The notes beneath the pieces are model-generated. The model made no database searches, was not told where the DNA came from, and saw only the letters and a program-made list of their open reading frames with translations. The position numbers were made by a program, and so were the translations under genes. A stretch of DNA of 64,000 bases from Fidelibacterota bacterium (GTDB lineage Bacteria > Fidelibacterota > UBA8477 > JABMPR01), in contig JAIPJM010000001.1 in assembly GCA_021734255.1 (NCBI GenBank), positions 105,434 to 169,433 of the forward strand. Reading direction: 5' to 3'. Of the stretch, positions 38,761-48,015 are shown piece after piece. The number at the start of each line of letters is the position of its first letter. Position 1 is the first letter of the stretch.

Positions 38761-40053
38761 ATGATTTTCGATATTGTCATGCCAAAGATGGGTGAATCTC
38801 TGACCGAAGGTACGGTCCTTGAGTGGAAAAAGAAGGTTGGGGATACCATCGAAAAGGACGAGATTCTGCTTGAGATCGCCACCGATAAGGTGGACTCTGA
38901 GATACCCTCGCCTGTTTCAGGTTCGTTGGTAGAGATCATTGGCGAGGTCAATCAAACCTATGATGTGGATACGGTGATCGCCCGGGTTGAGACAAGCGAC
39001 GACGTGGAACAGAAACGTCCCTCGCCTTCCCCGGTAGCGGACCAGGCTGACAGTTCAAAAAAGACAGCACCAAGCAGGGAGCAAGCATCACCACCCGTAA
39101 AAATTAACATACCCCAGAGTTCAGGTGTGGGGAGCCATCGTTATTACTCTCCCCTGGTGCGTGCCATTGCGGCCCAGGAAGGTATCAGTCCAGACGAGTT
39201 ATCCAGGATACCAGGCACCGGGTTTCGGGGGCGCTTGAGCAAGCGGGACATTCTTTTTTATGTAGAGACGAAGAAAAAGAGTGATTCAGGGACCAAAACG
39301 ACTGGCCTGGAGCCGACTGGCCTGGCCGATAATGTCAGCGAAGATGAGACTGAGATCATTGACATGGATACCATGCGCAAGAGCATCGCCAAGCATATGC
39401 GTCAGAGTGTGGACACCTCTGCCCATGTTTATTCTGTCAGCGAAGCTGATATGACGGGGATCATGGACTTCATTGCAGAGAACAACGCTGCCTTCAAGAA
39501 AAAGCATGGTCACTCTCTCACGGTGACTCATTTCATCACTCACGCGGTAAAAGATGCCCTGTTGGAGTTTCCGCTGGTGAATGCATCACTGGATGGCGCG
39601 AAGATCGTACGCCATAAGCACCTGAATGTGGGAATTGCTGTTGCGGTTGGTAATGGTCTGGTGGTTCCCCCGGTACGGAATGCGGAGGAGAAATCACTCC
39701 TGGACATCTCTCATGATGTCGCCGGGATCGTTTCCCGGGCCAGAGACAAAAAACTGACACTGGATGACCTGGAAGGGACCACCTTCTCTATCACCAATTT
39801 TGGCGTGTTCGGTAACCTGGCCGGCTACCCCATCATCAATCAGCCCAACGTGGCTATTCTTGGGGTGGGCGCCATTAAGAAACGCCCTGTTGTTGTCGAG
39901 GTGAAGGGTCGGGACGAGATCGTTATCCGTCAGATCTGCGTATTTACTCTGGGGTTTGACCATCGCCTCATCGATGGTGCTATGGGGGGGCAATTCATTG
40001 AAGCGGTTGTGAAGAATCTGGAAAACCCTGAAGAAGTTCTAAAAACTTTATAG
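38761..40053 (+). CDS. 2-oxoacid dehydrogenase E2 dihydrolipoamide acyltransferase
   Basis: Lipoyl domain EIATDKVDSEIPSP, E3-binding SPLVRAIA..GTGFRGR, catalytic FDHRLIDG. Confidence 0.95.
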   Translation: MIFDIVMPKMGESLTEGTVLEWKKKVGDTIEKDEILLEIATDKVDSEIPSPVSGSLVEIIGEVNQTYDVDTVIARVETSDDVEQKRPSPSPVADQADSSKKTAPSREQASPPVKINIPQSSGVGSHRYYSPLVRAIAAQEGISPDELSRIPGTGFRGRLSKRDILFYVETKKKSDSGTKTTGLEPTGLADNVSEDETEIIDMDTMRKSIAKHMRQSVDTSAHVYSVSEADMTGIMDFIAENNAAFKKKHGHSLTVTHFITHAVKDALLEFPLVNASLDGAKIVRHKHLNVGIAVAVGNGLVVPPVRNAEEKSLLDISHDVAGIVSRARDKKLTLDDLEGTTFSITNFGVFGNLAGYPIINQPNVAILGVGAIKKRPVVVEVKGRDEIVIRQICVFTLGFDHRLIDGAMGGQFIEAVVKNLENPEEVLKTL

Positions 40054-40056
40054 TTA

Positions 40057-40160
40057 TGTCATCCGGACCCCGAGCTTGTCGAGGGGGAAGGATCTTGATC
40101 CCGAATATCGAAACAATGGATCAAGATCCTTCGCTGCGATTCTCTACGCTCAGAATGACA
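40057..40160. repeat. REP-like palindromic element, family A (TGTCATCC...GAATGACA)
   Basis: Perfect 15-bp inverted repeat GAAGGATCTTGATCC (40087-40101) / GGATCAAGATCCTTC (40118-40132) inside TGTCAT/ATGACA ends; related to 56471-56554. Confidence 0.8.
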
Positions 40161-40165
40161 ATTGG

Positions 40166-40960
40166 TTATTTAGGCTTACGAGCAAAGAGCGTAATACTCA
40201 GTAGCCCAGTCTCTCCCGATTTCCAGACCCGATAAGCTTCATCTGAGAGGTGTTTACGGACCACGTGTTCTGGAAGGTCTATACTTCGCTCCTGACGAAC
40301 GTCTATGTCGGTAAAGCCTGAATCCTTAACCAGTCCGATGTACTCATCTTTGGGTAGGGCTCCCGCCACACAACCGGCATAGAGTTCGGCCGACGTCTTC
40401 AATTCAGCTGGTATCTGTCCTTTTGAGACAATATCAGAGACACAGAAATGGGCGCCTGGCTTAAGGACGCGATATATTTCTTTGAAAGCCTTTTCCTTGT
40501 CTGGGACCAGATTGAGGACGCAATTGCTGATGACCACATCGATGCTATCATTATCAACCGGCATATCCTCGATGTCGCCATAGCGGAAGTCGATATTCGT
40601 CAGACCGAGCTTGTTCTTGTTCTCAACGGCTTTCGTCACCATCTCCATGGTGAAGTCCACCCCGATCACCTGGCCGGTATCTCCTACAATGCGCTGAACG
40701 ATAAAAGCATCGTTGCCTGCTCCTGAGCCCAGATCGAGTACCGTATCACCCTCGGATATCTCTGCGTGGTTTGTCGGTAAACCACAGCCCAGGTTGTAAT
40801 CGGCTGCCTTCACATAGCCATCCATACCGGTGTAATCTTCCTTCATGACATAGGTGTCATCCGGATCTGAGCAGCCCGAGCCACAGCAACAGCTGTTCTC
40901 GGTAACGACGGAGGCATATTTATTCTTTACGATGGTTTTGAGTTCAATGTTTTGAGTCAT
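40166..40960 (-). CDS. arsM: arsenite S-adenosylmethionine methyltransferase
   Basis: N-terminal CCCGSGC, LGCGLP, VLDLGSGAG, ISNCVLNL, YAGCVAGA. Confidence 0.94.
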   Translation of the reverse strand: MTQNIELKTIVKNKYASVVTENSCCCGSGCSDPDDTYVMKEDYTGMDGYVKAADYNLGCGLPTNHAEISEGDTVLDLGSGAGNDAFIVQRIVGDTGQVIGVDFTMEMVTKAVENKNKLGLTNIDFRYGDIEDMPVDNDSIDVVISNCVLNLVPDKEKAFKEIYRVLKPGAHFCVSDIVSKGQIPAELKTSAELYAGCVAGALPKDEYIGLVKDSGFTDIDVRQERSIDLPEHVVRKHLSDEAYRVWKSGETGLLSITLFARKPK

Positions 40961-40990
40961 TAGAATGATCCTTGTCTATTCTTTTTGTTA

Positions 40991-41055
40991 GCCACAGGTC
41001 TACACAGAGTGGCATTTATGCTCACCAGCACTTTTATCTGTGTTTCATCTGTGGC
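40991..41055. repeat. palindromic intergenic repeat, family B
   Basis: GCCACAG..ACACAGA / ATCTGTGTTTCATCTGTGGC; 41034-41055 is the exact reverse complement of 62134-62155. Confidence 0.75.
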
Positions 41056-41072
41056 ATAAAGGTTTTCAACAA

Positions 41073-41390
41073 CTAGCAGCATTTCATGGATGAAAAGAGG
41101 GAGGTAAAGGCTGTTTTCGCCTTTTCCATCACCCGCTCGTTAAGGCAATAGCAGGTTCTGGGTCCGTCGATCTCACCCCTGATGAGGCCCACGCGCTTGA
41201 GTTCTTTCAGGTGTTGTGACACCGTGGACTGAGACAGGGGCAGTAAATCCACCAGGTCGCCAACAATGCATTGGTCCTTGTCATTAAGGACCCGCAAAAT
41301 TTGCACCCGAGCGGGGTGGGCCATGGCTTTGGCTATATCAGCCAATTCCTGGTCTGTGGTGTGAAAGATATCGATCTTTGCTATCGCCAT
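41073..41390 (-). CDS. arsR: ArsR/SmtB family arsenic-responsive repressor
   Basis: [29 protein letters not shown] and C-terminal CC; directly upstream of arsM. Confidence 0.92.
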   Translation of the reverse strand: MAIAKIDIFHTTDQELADIAKAMAHPARVQILRVLNDKDQCIVGDLVDLLPLSQSTVSQHLKELKRVGLIRGEIDGPRTCYCLNERVMEKAKTAFTSLFSSMKCC

Positions 41391-41408
41391 GCTCGCCTCC
41401 TAGCGTAT

Positions 41409-41424
41409 ATCGCAAATATACGAT
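41409..41424 (-). promoter_or_regulatory. putative ArsR operator
   Basis: Imperfect palindrome ATCG-CAAATATA-CGAT about 20 nt upstream of the arsR start. Confidence 0.6.
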
Positions 41425-41481
41425 TAAAAAACTTAAAGCAAACATTTTTGATTCTCTGCATCTTTGGATCTTAACTCCCAG

Positions 41482-41604
41482 TTATTTCTTCTGGAGCAGT
41501 TCCTTCAGTTCCTCATGTCTTCTTCTCTGGTCCTTCGATTGGGTAAGCAGCTGTGAAAGGATCACCACGGATATGATGATCAGGAATGTGATACCGATAT
41601 TCAT
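41482..41604 (-). CDS. small membrane protein or gene remnant (40 aa)
   Basis: MNIGITFLIIISVVILSQLLTQSKDQRRRHEELKELLQKK; below the ORF-track cutoff. Confidence 0.35.
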   Translation of the reverse strand: MNIGITFLIIISVVILSQLLTQSKDQRRRHEELKELLQKK

Positions 41605-41722
41605 GTCAACCCCCTATATATTTATGACAAGATACATGACCAGCATCACCAGCTGACCGAATATCGCCAAGAGGTTGAAATTCTGCCAGCAAAGGGGGAA
41701 TCCAACGATAAATGGGTGTGAT

Positions 41723-42343
41723 TTACTTCTCCAGGCTCATCATGAGGAAGCCGGTGAAAGCCGCATTATTAGGCGACAGGGATCTGTCGACTGACGCTCT
41801 CATTTTGAGGATGGCCTTGCGGTAGGCGATGTAAAATTCCCAACTGGGCCGCGGCTTGTATTCCAGGCCCTCCAGTTCGAAGTACTGGATGACGCCCTTG
41901 GCTGTGGTTGGTTTTACAAAGACCTCTTTTTGGGGGCGATGGTAAACTGGGAGCAGGGAGATAAGCGACCACTTGGCCAGCTTACCCTCGATCAGGATAT
42001 CCAACATCATGTTAAAACCAGTTTCGTGATTGCTGTGCAGCGCCTCCTTCAGACCATTGGCTAGGATCGCTTCCTGCTGGGGTCCCAGACTGTTGACATA
42101 GTCGCGAAACTTTGGTTTTTCAAAAAGACTGACCAGGCTTGCCCGGCTAACGATCTTGCCCATGGACTGGACGACCGACTTAGGGTCGTCAAACTGATCC
42201 TCAGCAAATGTCTCCTGCACCAGAGCGGTCATTTTCCCCACGCCATGCTTTTTTGCCAGCGCCAGCATTTCAGGATTTTCAAAGCCACCGGGGTACATGC
42301 TCAGGAACTGTTCTTCGGCCTGTTTTAATTTATCTGTGTTCAC
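41723..42343 (-). CDS. conserved hypothetical protein
   Basis: RBS AGGAG and GTG start; 206 aa globular (YPGGF, LVSLFEKPKF, FVKPTT, NNAAFTGFLM). Confidence 0.8.
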   Translation of the reverse strand: MNTDKLKQAEEQFLSMYPGGFENPEMLALAKKHGVGKMTALVQETFAEDQFDDPKSVVQSMGKIVSRASLVSLFEKPKFRDYVNSLGPQQEAILANGLKEALHSNHETGFNMMLDILIEGKLAKWSLISLLPVYHRPQKEVFVKPTTAKGVIQYFELEGLEYKPRPSWEFYIAYRKAILKMRASVDRSLSPNNAAFTGFLMMSLEK

Positions 42344-42396
42344 TGTACTTCTCCTAAGTCAGTACGGGCGAAATCGTCTTTGGCTCCCAATTCAGG

Positions 42397-42948
42397 TTAT
42401 TTTCTACGATACTTACCCATCAACTGTCCCTCTGACAGAACATGCCCCTCCATTGCAGCCAGCAAGTCGGCTTTTGATGCACCCGCCTCAAGATCCAGCA
42501 TCTTCGACAGGGCATATATCTTGAAATAATAGCGATGCTTACCACCAGGAGGACAGGGCCCGCCATATCCGAGCTTTCCAAAATCATTGGTGCCGTGCCT
42601 GGCACCATTTGCCAGTTCGGGCATGGGTGGCAGGTTGCGGGGAATCTCTGTGACTTCGGCAGGAATGTTGAAAAGGACCCAGTGGACCCAGGTTCCCATG
42701 GGGGCATCCGGGTCATCGCAAATGAGCGCGAAAGACTTGGTGCCTTCGGGTGTGTTTGACCAGCTCAAGGGAGGTGAAATATCAGTACTGTCGCAGGTGT
42801 ATCTCTCAGGGATCATACCCCCCTTTTCAAAAGCAGGGCTGGCCACTTGAATGTCTCCATCACCGCCGGTTTGACACGACCAGAGCAAAATAAAAAGGCT
42901 CAATAGAAGACCAGATACATGCCTGGAATTAAAGCTTGAATGCTTCAT
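42397..42948 (-). CDS. YbhB/YbcL family (PEBP, Raf kinase inhibitor-like) lipoprotein
   Basis: SPPLSW, DDPDAP.GTWVHW, YGGPCPP..HRY.F..YAL. Confidence 0.94.
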   Translation of the reverse strand: MKHSSFNSRHVSGLLLSLFILLWSCQTGGDGDIQVASPAFEKGGMIPERYTCDSTDISPPLSWSNTPEGTKSFALICDDPDAPMGTWVHWVLFNIPAEVTEIPRNLPPMPELANGARHGTNDFGKLGYGGPCPPGGKHRYYFKIYALSKMLDLEAGASKADLLAAMEGHVLSEGQLMGKYRRK

Positions 42949-43129
42949 GATATATTCTCCTTATACAGGTTTGAGCTGTCCAAACCCAGATGATCATTGA
43001 ATGAGACTTGAATCTATGGCTTGTTGGCCGTGAATCAAGAGTTGCTTCGATTTCACCCGGTAGGCAAAAGCTGTAAAAATCAAGCATCGATTATTTCCAA
43101 AGCCCCTGCTCGGTCTATATTGTCGAGTG

Positions 43130-44011
43130 ATGAAGAAAGCAACAAAGCCTGCCTGGCTGAAGACCAAGCTCCGCTCAGGGCCAAACTTTCAGGAACTGAA
43201 GGATATCGTTAATGACCATCAGGTCCATACGGTCTGTCAGGAGGCAAAATGTCCCAATATCTCAGAATGCTGGGAACGCCGGGCTGCCACGATCATGATC
43301 CTGGGTGACACCTGTACCCGCTCCTGCGGCTTTTGTGCCGTCAAGACCGGAAAACCGTCAGCTGTGGATCTGGATGAACCACGGCGAACCGCAGAAGCGG
43401 TTAAAAAAATGGGGCTGCACCACTGCGTGATCACATCGGTGGATCGTGATGAACTGGATGATTTTGGCGCAGAGATCTGGGCTGAGACCATCCGCCAGGT
43501 CCATGAAAAAGTTCCAGGCTGCTCTGTAGAGGTGCTTACACCGGATTTTCAGGGTGCAGCAGAACACATTCAGACCGTCCTGGATGCCAAGCCAGAGATC
43601 ATGAGTCATAATCTGGAAACCGTAGAAAGACTCCATCGAAAGATCCGCCCGCAAGCCCAATATCAACGCTCACTGGATGTGCTCAGACAATCTGTCAAAG
43701 CAGGTCTGCAGACAAAGAGTTCTATCATGGTGGGTATCGGTGAAGAAAAGGCAGAGGTTTTTGCTCTTATGGACGATATTCGCGACACGGGCTGTCAGAT
43801 CTTCTCTGTGGGGCAGTATTTACAACCAACCCATGAGCATGAACCGGTCCATCGCTATGTCCACCCCGACGAGTTTGAGGAATACCGGATCTATGGACTT
43901 AAGCTCGGATTTTCCTATGTGGAATCGGGTCCCCTGGTTCGATCATCTTATCATGCAGACGAACAGGTCCTGCAGAATGAAATACTCTATCCACAGCAAG
44001 CGCCAGCTTAG
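43130..44011 (+). CDS. lipA: lipoyl synthase
   Basis: TVCQEAKCPNISECW, CTRSCGFC, GQYLQP, VRSSYHA. Confidence 0.97.
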   Translation: MKKATKPAWLKTKLRSGPNFQELKDIVNDHQVHTVCQEAKCPNISECWERRAATIMILGDTCTRSCGFCAVKTGKPSAVDLDEPRRTAEAVKKMGLHHCVITSVDRDELDDFGAEIWAETIRQVHEKVPGCSVEVLTPDFQGAAEHIQTVLDAKPEIMSHNLETVERLHRKIRPQAQYQRSLDVLRQSVKAGLQTKSSIMVGIGEEKAEVFALMDDIRDTGCQIFSVGQYLQPTHEHEPVHRYVHPDEFEEYRIYGLKLGFSYVESGPLVRSSYHADEQVLQNEILYPQQAPA

Positions 44012-44020
44012 CTGGCTCCT

Positions 44021-44410
44021 CTAGCGATTCAATAGATAGAACAAAATAGCAACCAGCAAGCCAATACTCAGGATGGAAGCTGTAAAAACGAGTTGTTGCT
44101 TTTTGAGGGTCTTTTCCTCTTCTGTCGGGGGTCTGATCTCATCTTTATGCCTGGCCTCTTTGGATGCACCAAAGGCAACCCCTAGCGCAACGCCGACACC
44201 GACACCAACAGGGATGTTCTCAAGGGCAACACCGATGCCAGCTCCAATAGCAATGCCGAGACCCATTCCCTGGTTTTGAAAATACCCTTTTGGATACCCC
44301 GGTGTTATTTCAAGCAGTACTTTTTGCTTTTTGGCCATCTTGAAGGCAAACCAGCCGATCACCAGGACCATAATGCCAACCAGAACCAGCATAAACATCC
44401 AATTATTCAT
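44021..44410 (-). CDS. hypothetical membrane protein
   Basis: Gly-rich TM hairpin GMGLGIAIGAGIGVAL...; RBS GGAG. Confidence 0.7.
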   Translation of the reverse strand: MNNWMFMLVLVGIMVLVIGWFAFKMAKKQKVLLEITPGYPKGYFQNQGMGLGIAIGAGIGVALENIPVGVGVGVALGVAFGASKEARHKDEIRPPTEEEKTLKKQQLVFTASILSIGLLVAILFYLLNR

Positions 44411-44437
44411 TAAGCATCTCCGATCCGTTCATTAACC

Positions 44438-45169
44438 TTATTGTCGAACCCCCAGAGCCTGTAAAACGAGATCAGCCAGAAACTGGTTCCCCCTGACGTT
44501 CAAATGAACCCCGTCGACAGTAAGCACATCCTGATACAGGTTGTCCGGATTGTTGTCTGCCAGGTAAGCGACAAATGCCTGTCGCAGATCAAGCAGCTGG
44601 ACCCCCGCTGAACGAGCCACCTTGCGAATGATGTCAGCATATTCATCTAACATTTTATCCAGTTTATTCGCGCCGCCGGTTTGTTCACCGATGACGGTAG
44701 GCGTGCACAGGATGACACGAACGTCATTATCCTGCAGCTGGGTAATGATATCAAGCAGTCCGGATTCAAAATCTTCCTGTGTGGTGCCGCTGAGATAGTC
44801 TCGAGTTTTGGCCAGCTCCCAGTGCCAGACATCATTGATACCGATATAGATAAGGACGATGCTCGGGTCCTTTGAGAGCACATCCCGCTCCAGGCGTGCC
44901 TGCAGGTCTGGAACCTTGTGGCCGCTGATCCCGGCACCGATCACCTGAATGTTCTGACCAGGGTAAGTCGTTGCGATGGACTCTTTAACCTGGGTGACAT
45001 AGCCATTGGGTCTCACACCCAGCTGGGTAATGGAGTCACCAAAAAAGACGATGACATCACCATCTTGTAGCCCCTGTTGTGGTGAGCAGGTGAGAAGTAA
45101 CAGGCTGAATAACATTGAGCCGCACTTCTGTCGAAAACGAACGGGAATCAATTTTTTCTCTCTCATCAT
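44438..45169 (-). CDS. SGNH/GDSL hydrolase
   Basis: FFGDSIT, GISG, IGINDV, DGVH motifs; start uncertain. Confidence 0.92.
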   Translation of the reverse strand: MMREKKLIPVRFRQKCGSMLFSLLLLTCSPQQGLQDGDVIVFFGDSITQLGVRPNGYVTQVKESIATTYPGQNIQVIGAGISGHKVPDLQARLERDVLSKDPSIVLIYIGINDVWHWELAKTRDYLSGTTQEDFESGLLDIITQLQDNDVRVILCTPTVIGEQTGGANKLDKMLDEYADIIRKVARSAGVQLLDLRQAFVAYLADNNPDNLYQDVLTVDGVHLNVRGNQFLADLVLQALGVRQ

Positions 45170-45209
45170 ATACCCTAAATTATGATTTGGATTTGAGGAT
45201 TCAAAACGA

Positions 45210-45605
45210 TTAGGAGGGAGATCCATGCCTGAGCTCAAATCCGCGAGTGATAACATAAGCGATCAAGGCAAATATAAAGAATACGAGTAACAGCCAGGCC
45301 GTACTTTGAAGTGTCCCAATGATCGTACGATAGACTTCCAGGACCCAGCGCTCTGAATTCAGGACGATGACCTCCAGGTCCTTGCTCTGCCGGGTGATGT
45401 ATTTCTCAAGATCCCAGACTCGAACCCCTCCAGAAACGCCAACCACGACAATGGCAAAGGAGATATAACGATTCCAGGCACCGCTTATGTCGGTTGAAAC
45501 GATCCTCCCAAGAATACGATCGATGGGGTTTTGAAACAAACGAACCACGATGAAGCTGCAGGCCAGTGCGATGAAAAACGTGATGAGCAATAATGTAACA
45601 AACAT
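45210..45605 (-). CDS. hypothetical membrane protein
   Basis: RBS AGGAGGAG; three TM segments. Confidence 0.8.
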   Translation of the reverse strand: MFVTLLLITFFIALACSFIVVRLFQNPIDRILGRIVSTDISGAWNRYISFAIVVVGVSGGVRVWDLEKYITRQSKDLEVIVLNSERWVLEVYRTIIGTLQSTAWLLLVFFIFALIAYVITRGFELRHGSPS

Positions 45606-45763
45606 AGCTCCTCCTTGTGTTGAATGTTGGTGAATCTAAGCCATCCCGACACTGATTCAAAGGTCAGGCATCCTCTTTCCCGTTGTAAATATTGTTTCTG
45701 ACAAGTAACATGGATGCCAGGATAACCTTTTTTAACACATTTGAACACAACAGGTAGGTGAAC

Positions 45764-47179
45764 ATGAACTTCCCCTGGGCTTTATTTCTGGATCTTGGTG
45801 TCATTTCAATCGCGCTTATCATTGCAACTGCCATCAGAGCCAATTTTACATTCTTCCAAAAATTTCTGATTCCCAACTCACTCACAGCCGGTTTTCTGCT
45901 CCTCCTTTTCTACAACTATCTGGCGCCGTACGTCGGTATGTCTGATGTGGGACTGGGTGCCATCGTGTACCACCTGCTGAGCATCTCGTTTGTGGCCATG
46001 AGCCTGAGGAAGTCCACCTTTAAAAAGAAAAAAGGCAGCCGAGGCGTGTTTGGAACCTCGATCACTATTATTTCACAGTATTCTCTGCAGTCTCTGGTGG
46101 GACTACTGCTGACCTTCTTTTTCATCAGCACCTTTATCAAGGATCTTTTTCCGGCGTTTGGCTTTTTTATGCCCCTGGGCTTTGCCCTGGGACCAGGTCA
46201 AGCCTATGCAATTGGAGAAGGCTGGGTAGCCATGGGGTTTGAAGGCGCTCCGGATGTCGGGCTTACTTTCGCAGCTATCGGATATATGTTCGCTGCGTTT
46301 GCCGGGGTTTACCTGATCAATCTGGGCGTCAGAAAAGGCTGGATAGACAAATCTCAGGTCGAGGAAGTGAAATCCAGGCAACTGCGAACGGGAGTTATGG
46401 GTCGCGAAGAAGCTTTAAGATGCGGCTCTAAGCTGACCACTGAATCTGAAGCCATTGATGCTGCCAGTTACAACATGGCAGTTGTGCTCAGTGTTTATTT
46501 CCTGGCTTTTCTGCTCTTGAAGGGTCTTGGATATCTGCTTGGCTTCGCTGGAAACCTTGGCAATGACCTGGCCGTGAATCTCTGGGGCATCAGTTTCGTT
46601 TTTGCCGCCATGGTCGCCCTGTTGGTGAAAACCGTCATGACCAAGATGGGTGTGGAACATGCACTGGATAACGGAGCCCTGACCCGGGTCGCCGGAAACA
46701 GTGTCGACATTATGGTCGCAGCTGCAGTGGGCGCCATTTCTCTGACCGTCGTTGCCCAATACTGGCTTCCCATTCTTATTGTTGCCGTCATTGGCGGATC
46801 GATCACCTTTATTACCGTTCTCTGGCTCTCCTCACGGATCTTTGATGATTTCAAGTTTCACCGGGCACTGATCATTTTTGGGGCCTGTACGGGTACCATG
46901 CCAACAGGGTTAGCCTTATTAAGGGTTATTGATCCTGATTTCGAAACACCAGTGGCCACGGACTACATGTACTCTTCGGCTATAACCTTTTTTCTGGTGA
47001 TCCCCTTCATCCTTTCCATCAATCTGCCAGCATACAGTATTACCAAGAATAACCCCATGTTATTCTGGGCCGCTATCGGTGTAGCCCTGGCTTATGGTTT
47101 GTTTGTTTTGATCTCACACCGCATCATTGGAAAGAAGCAAGCCTTCGCAAAATTTACGCAGCTATGGTATGAGGATTAA
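45764..47179 (+). CDS. sodium:glutamate symporter (GltS/ESS family)
   Basis: FLIPNSL, GFALGPGQA, GACTGTMPTGLALLRVIDP. Confidence 0.85.
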   Translation: MNFPWALFLDLGVISIALIIATAIRANFTFFQKFLIPNSLTAGFLLLLFYNYLAPYVGMSDVGLGAIVYHLLSISFVAMSLRKSTFKKKKGSRGVFGTSITIISQYSLQSLVGLLLTFFFISTFIKDLFPAFGFFMPLGFALGPGQAYAIGEGWVAMGFEGAPDVGLTFAAIGYMFAAFAGVYLINLGVRKGWIDKSQVEEVKSRQLRTGVMGREEALRCGSKLTTESEAIDAASYNMAVVLSVYFLAFLLLKGLGYLLGFAGNLGNDLAVNLWGISFVFAAMVALLVKTVMTKMGVEHALDNGALTRVAGNSVDIMVAAAVGAISLTVVAQYWLPILIVAVIGGSITFITVLWLSSRIFDDFKFHRALIIFGACTGTMPTGLALLRVIDPDFETPVATDYMYSSAITFFLVIPFILSINLPAYSITKNNPMLFWAAIGVALAYGLFVLISHRIIGKKQAFAKFTQLWYED

Positions 47180-47257
47180 TACCAGACTGAATCAATAGAA
47201 CGAGCTTATTGAGTCTAAGCATTCGGGTAGCAATCATGCTGTCCGATCTGTCTATTA

Positions 47258-47876
47258 ATGGATAACACATTCCGATTGAACCGGGTTCTTCTTCTGCTGA
47301 CACTCCTTGCTGTGGGTGGTAATGCACAAAACCTGGACTTTATCACCCGCCATGTTCCCGGTCCAAACCAGGGCTTGGGTGGTGCAGGAATTGGCTCAGC
47401 CCAAGGAATCTCTGCTCTCGATATCAATCCGGCAGGTCTTGCGGTTATTAAGGGTACTTCAGTGAGTGCATCCATGTCTGGCCACCTTCATACCTATTCT
47501 CTTATCAATGAAAGAAAGGAAGAGGCGCTTACCCGTATCTTCAAGTGGAATAAGCTCAGCCAGACAGTGAACCGGGTAGCACTTAGACCCGATGCCCGTT
47601 CGGATGGGCTACACGTTCACCCCGCAAGCTTATAGCTCTCTCGTTACACACCAGCCTGTTGGAGAAACGGCCATGTGGGCGTTTAAGAAACAAATTATCA
47701 AACATGTATTGAGTGTTGGCACCGGGGGGCAGTTACGCCTGGGCCAGTTGAATATCAGTGCTCACTATTCATGGCTGCGCTGGCACCATGATCTGTATAC
47801 CTATATTACGGTGGGGGAATCCTATGTGGAGCGGGAGATCTCGATCAGATTGAACTGGATCTATTCCCCGACCTGA
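47258..47876 (+). pseudogene. internally deleted/frameshifted outer-membrane protein (FadL/OmpP1-like)
   Basis: N-part has signal peptide and GLGGAGIG...INPAGLA; C-part in another frame has beta-strands (PVRMGYTFTP, HVLSVGTG, ISIRLNWIY); total length too short for a full barrel. Confidence 0.55.
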
Positions 47877-48015
47877 TCCTTGTCCTCTGCTTCATCAATC
47901 TTTTTGTTCTTGCGGAGACCAATGCCGACTCCAATGACCAGACCAAGTCAGATATAATTCATTGGACGTGCTTTTTTTGTTCAGATGGTTCCATCATGAC
48001 ATCCTTTCCTTGAGC

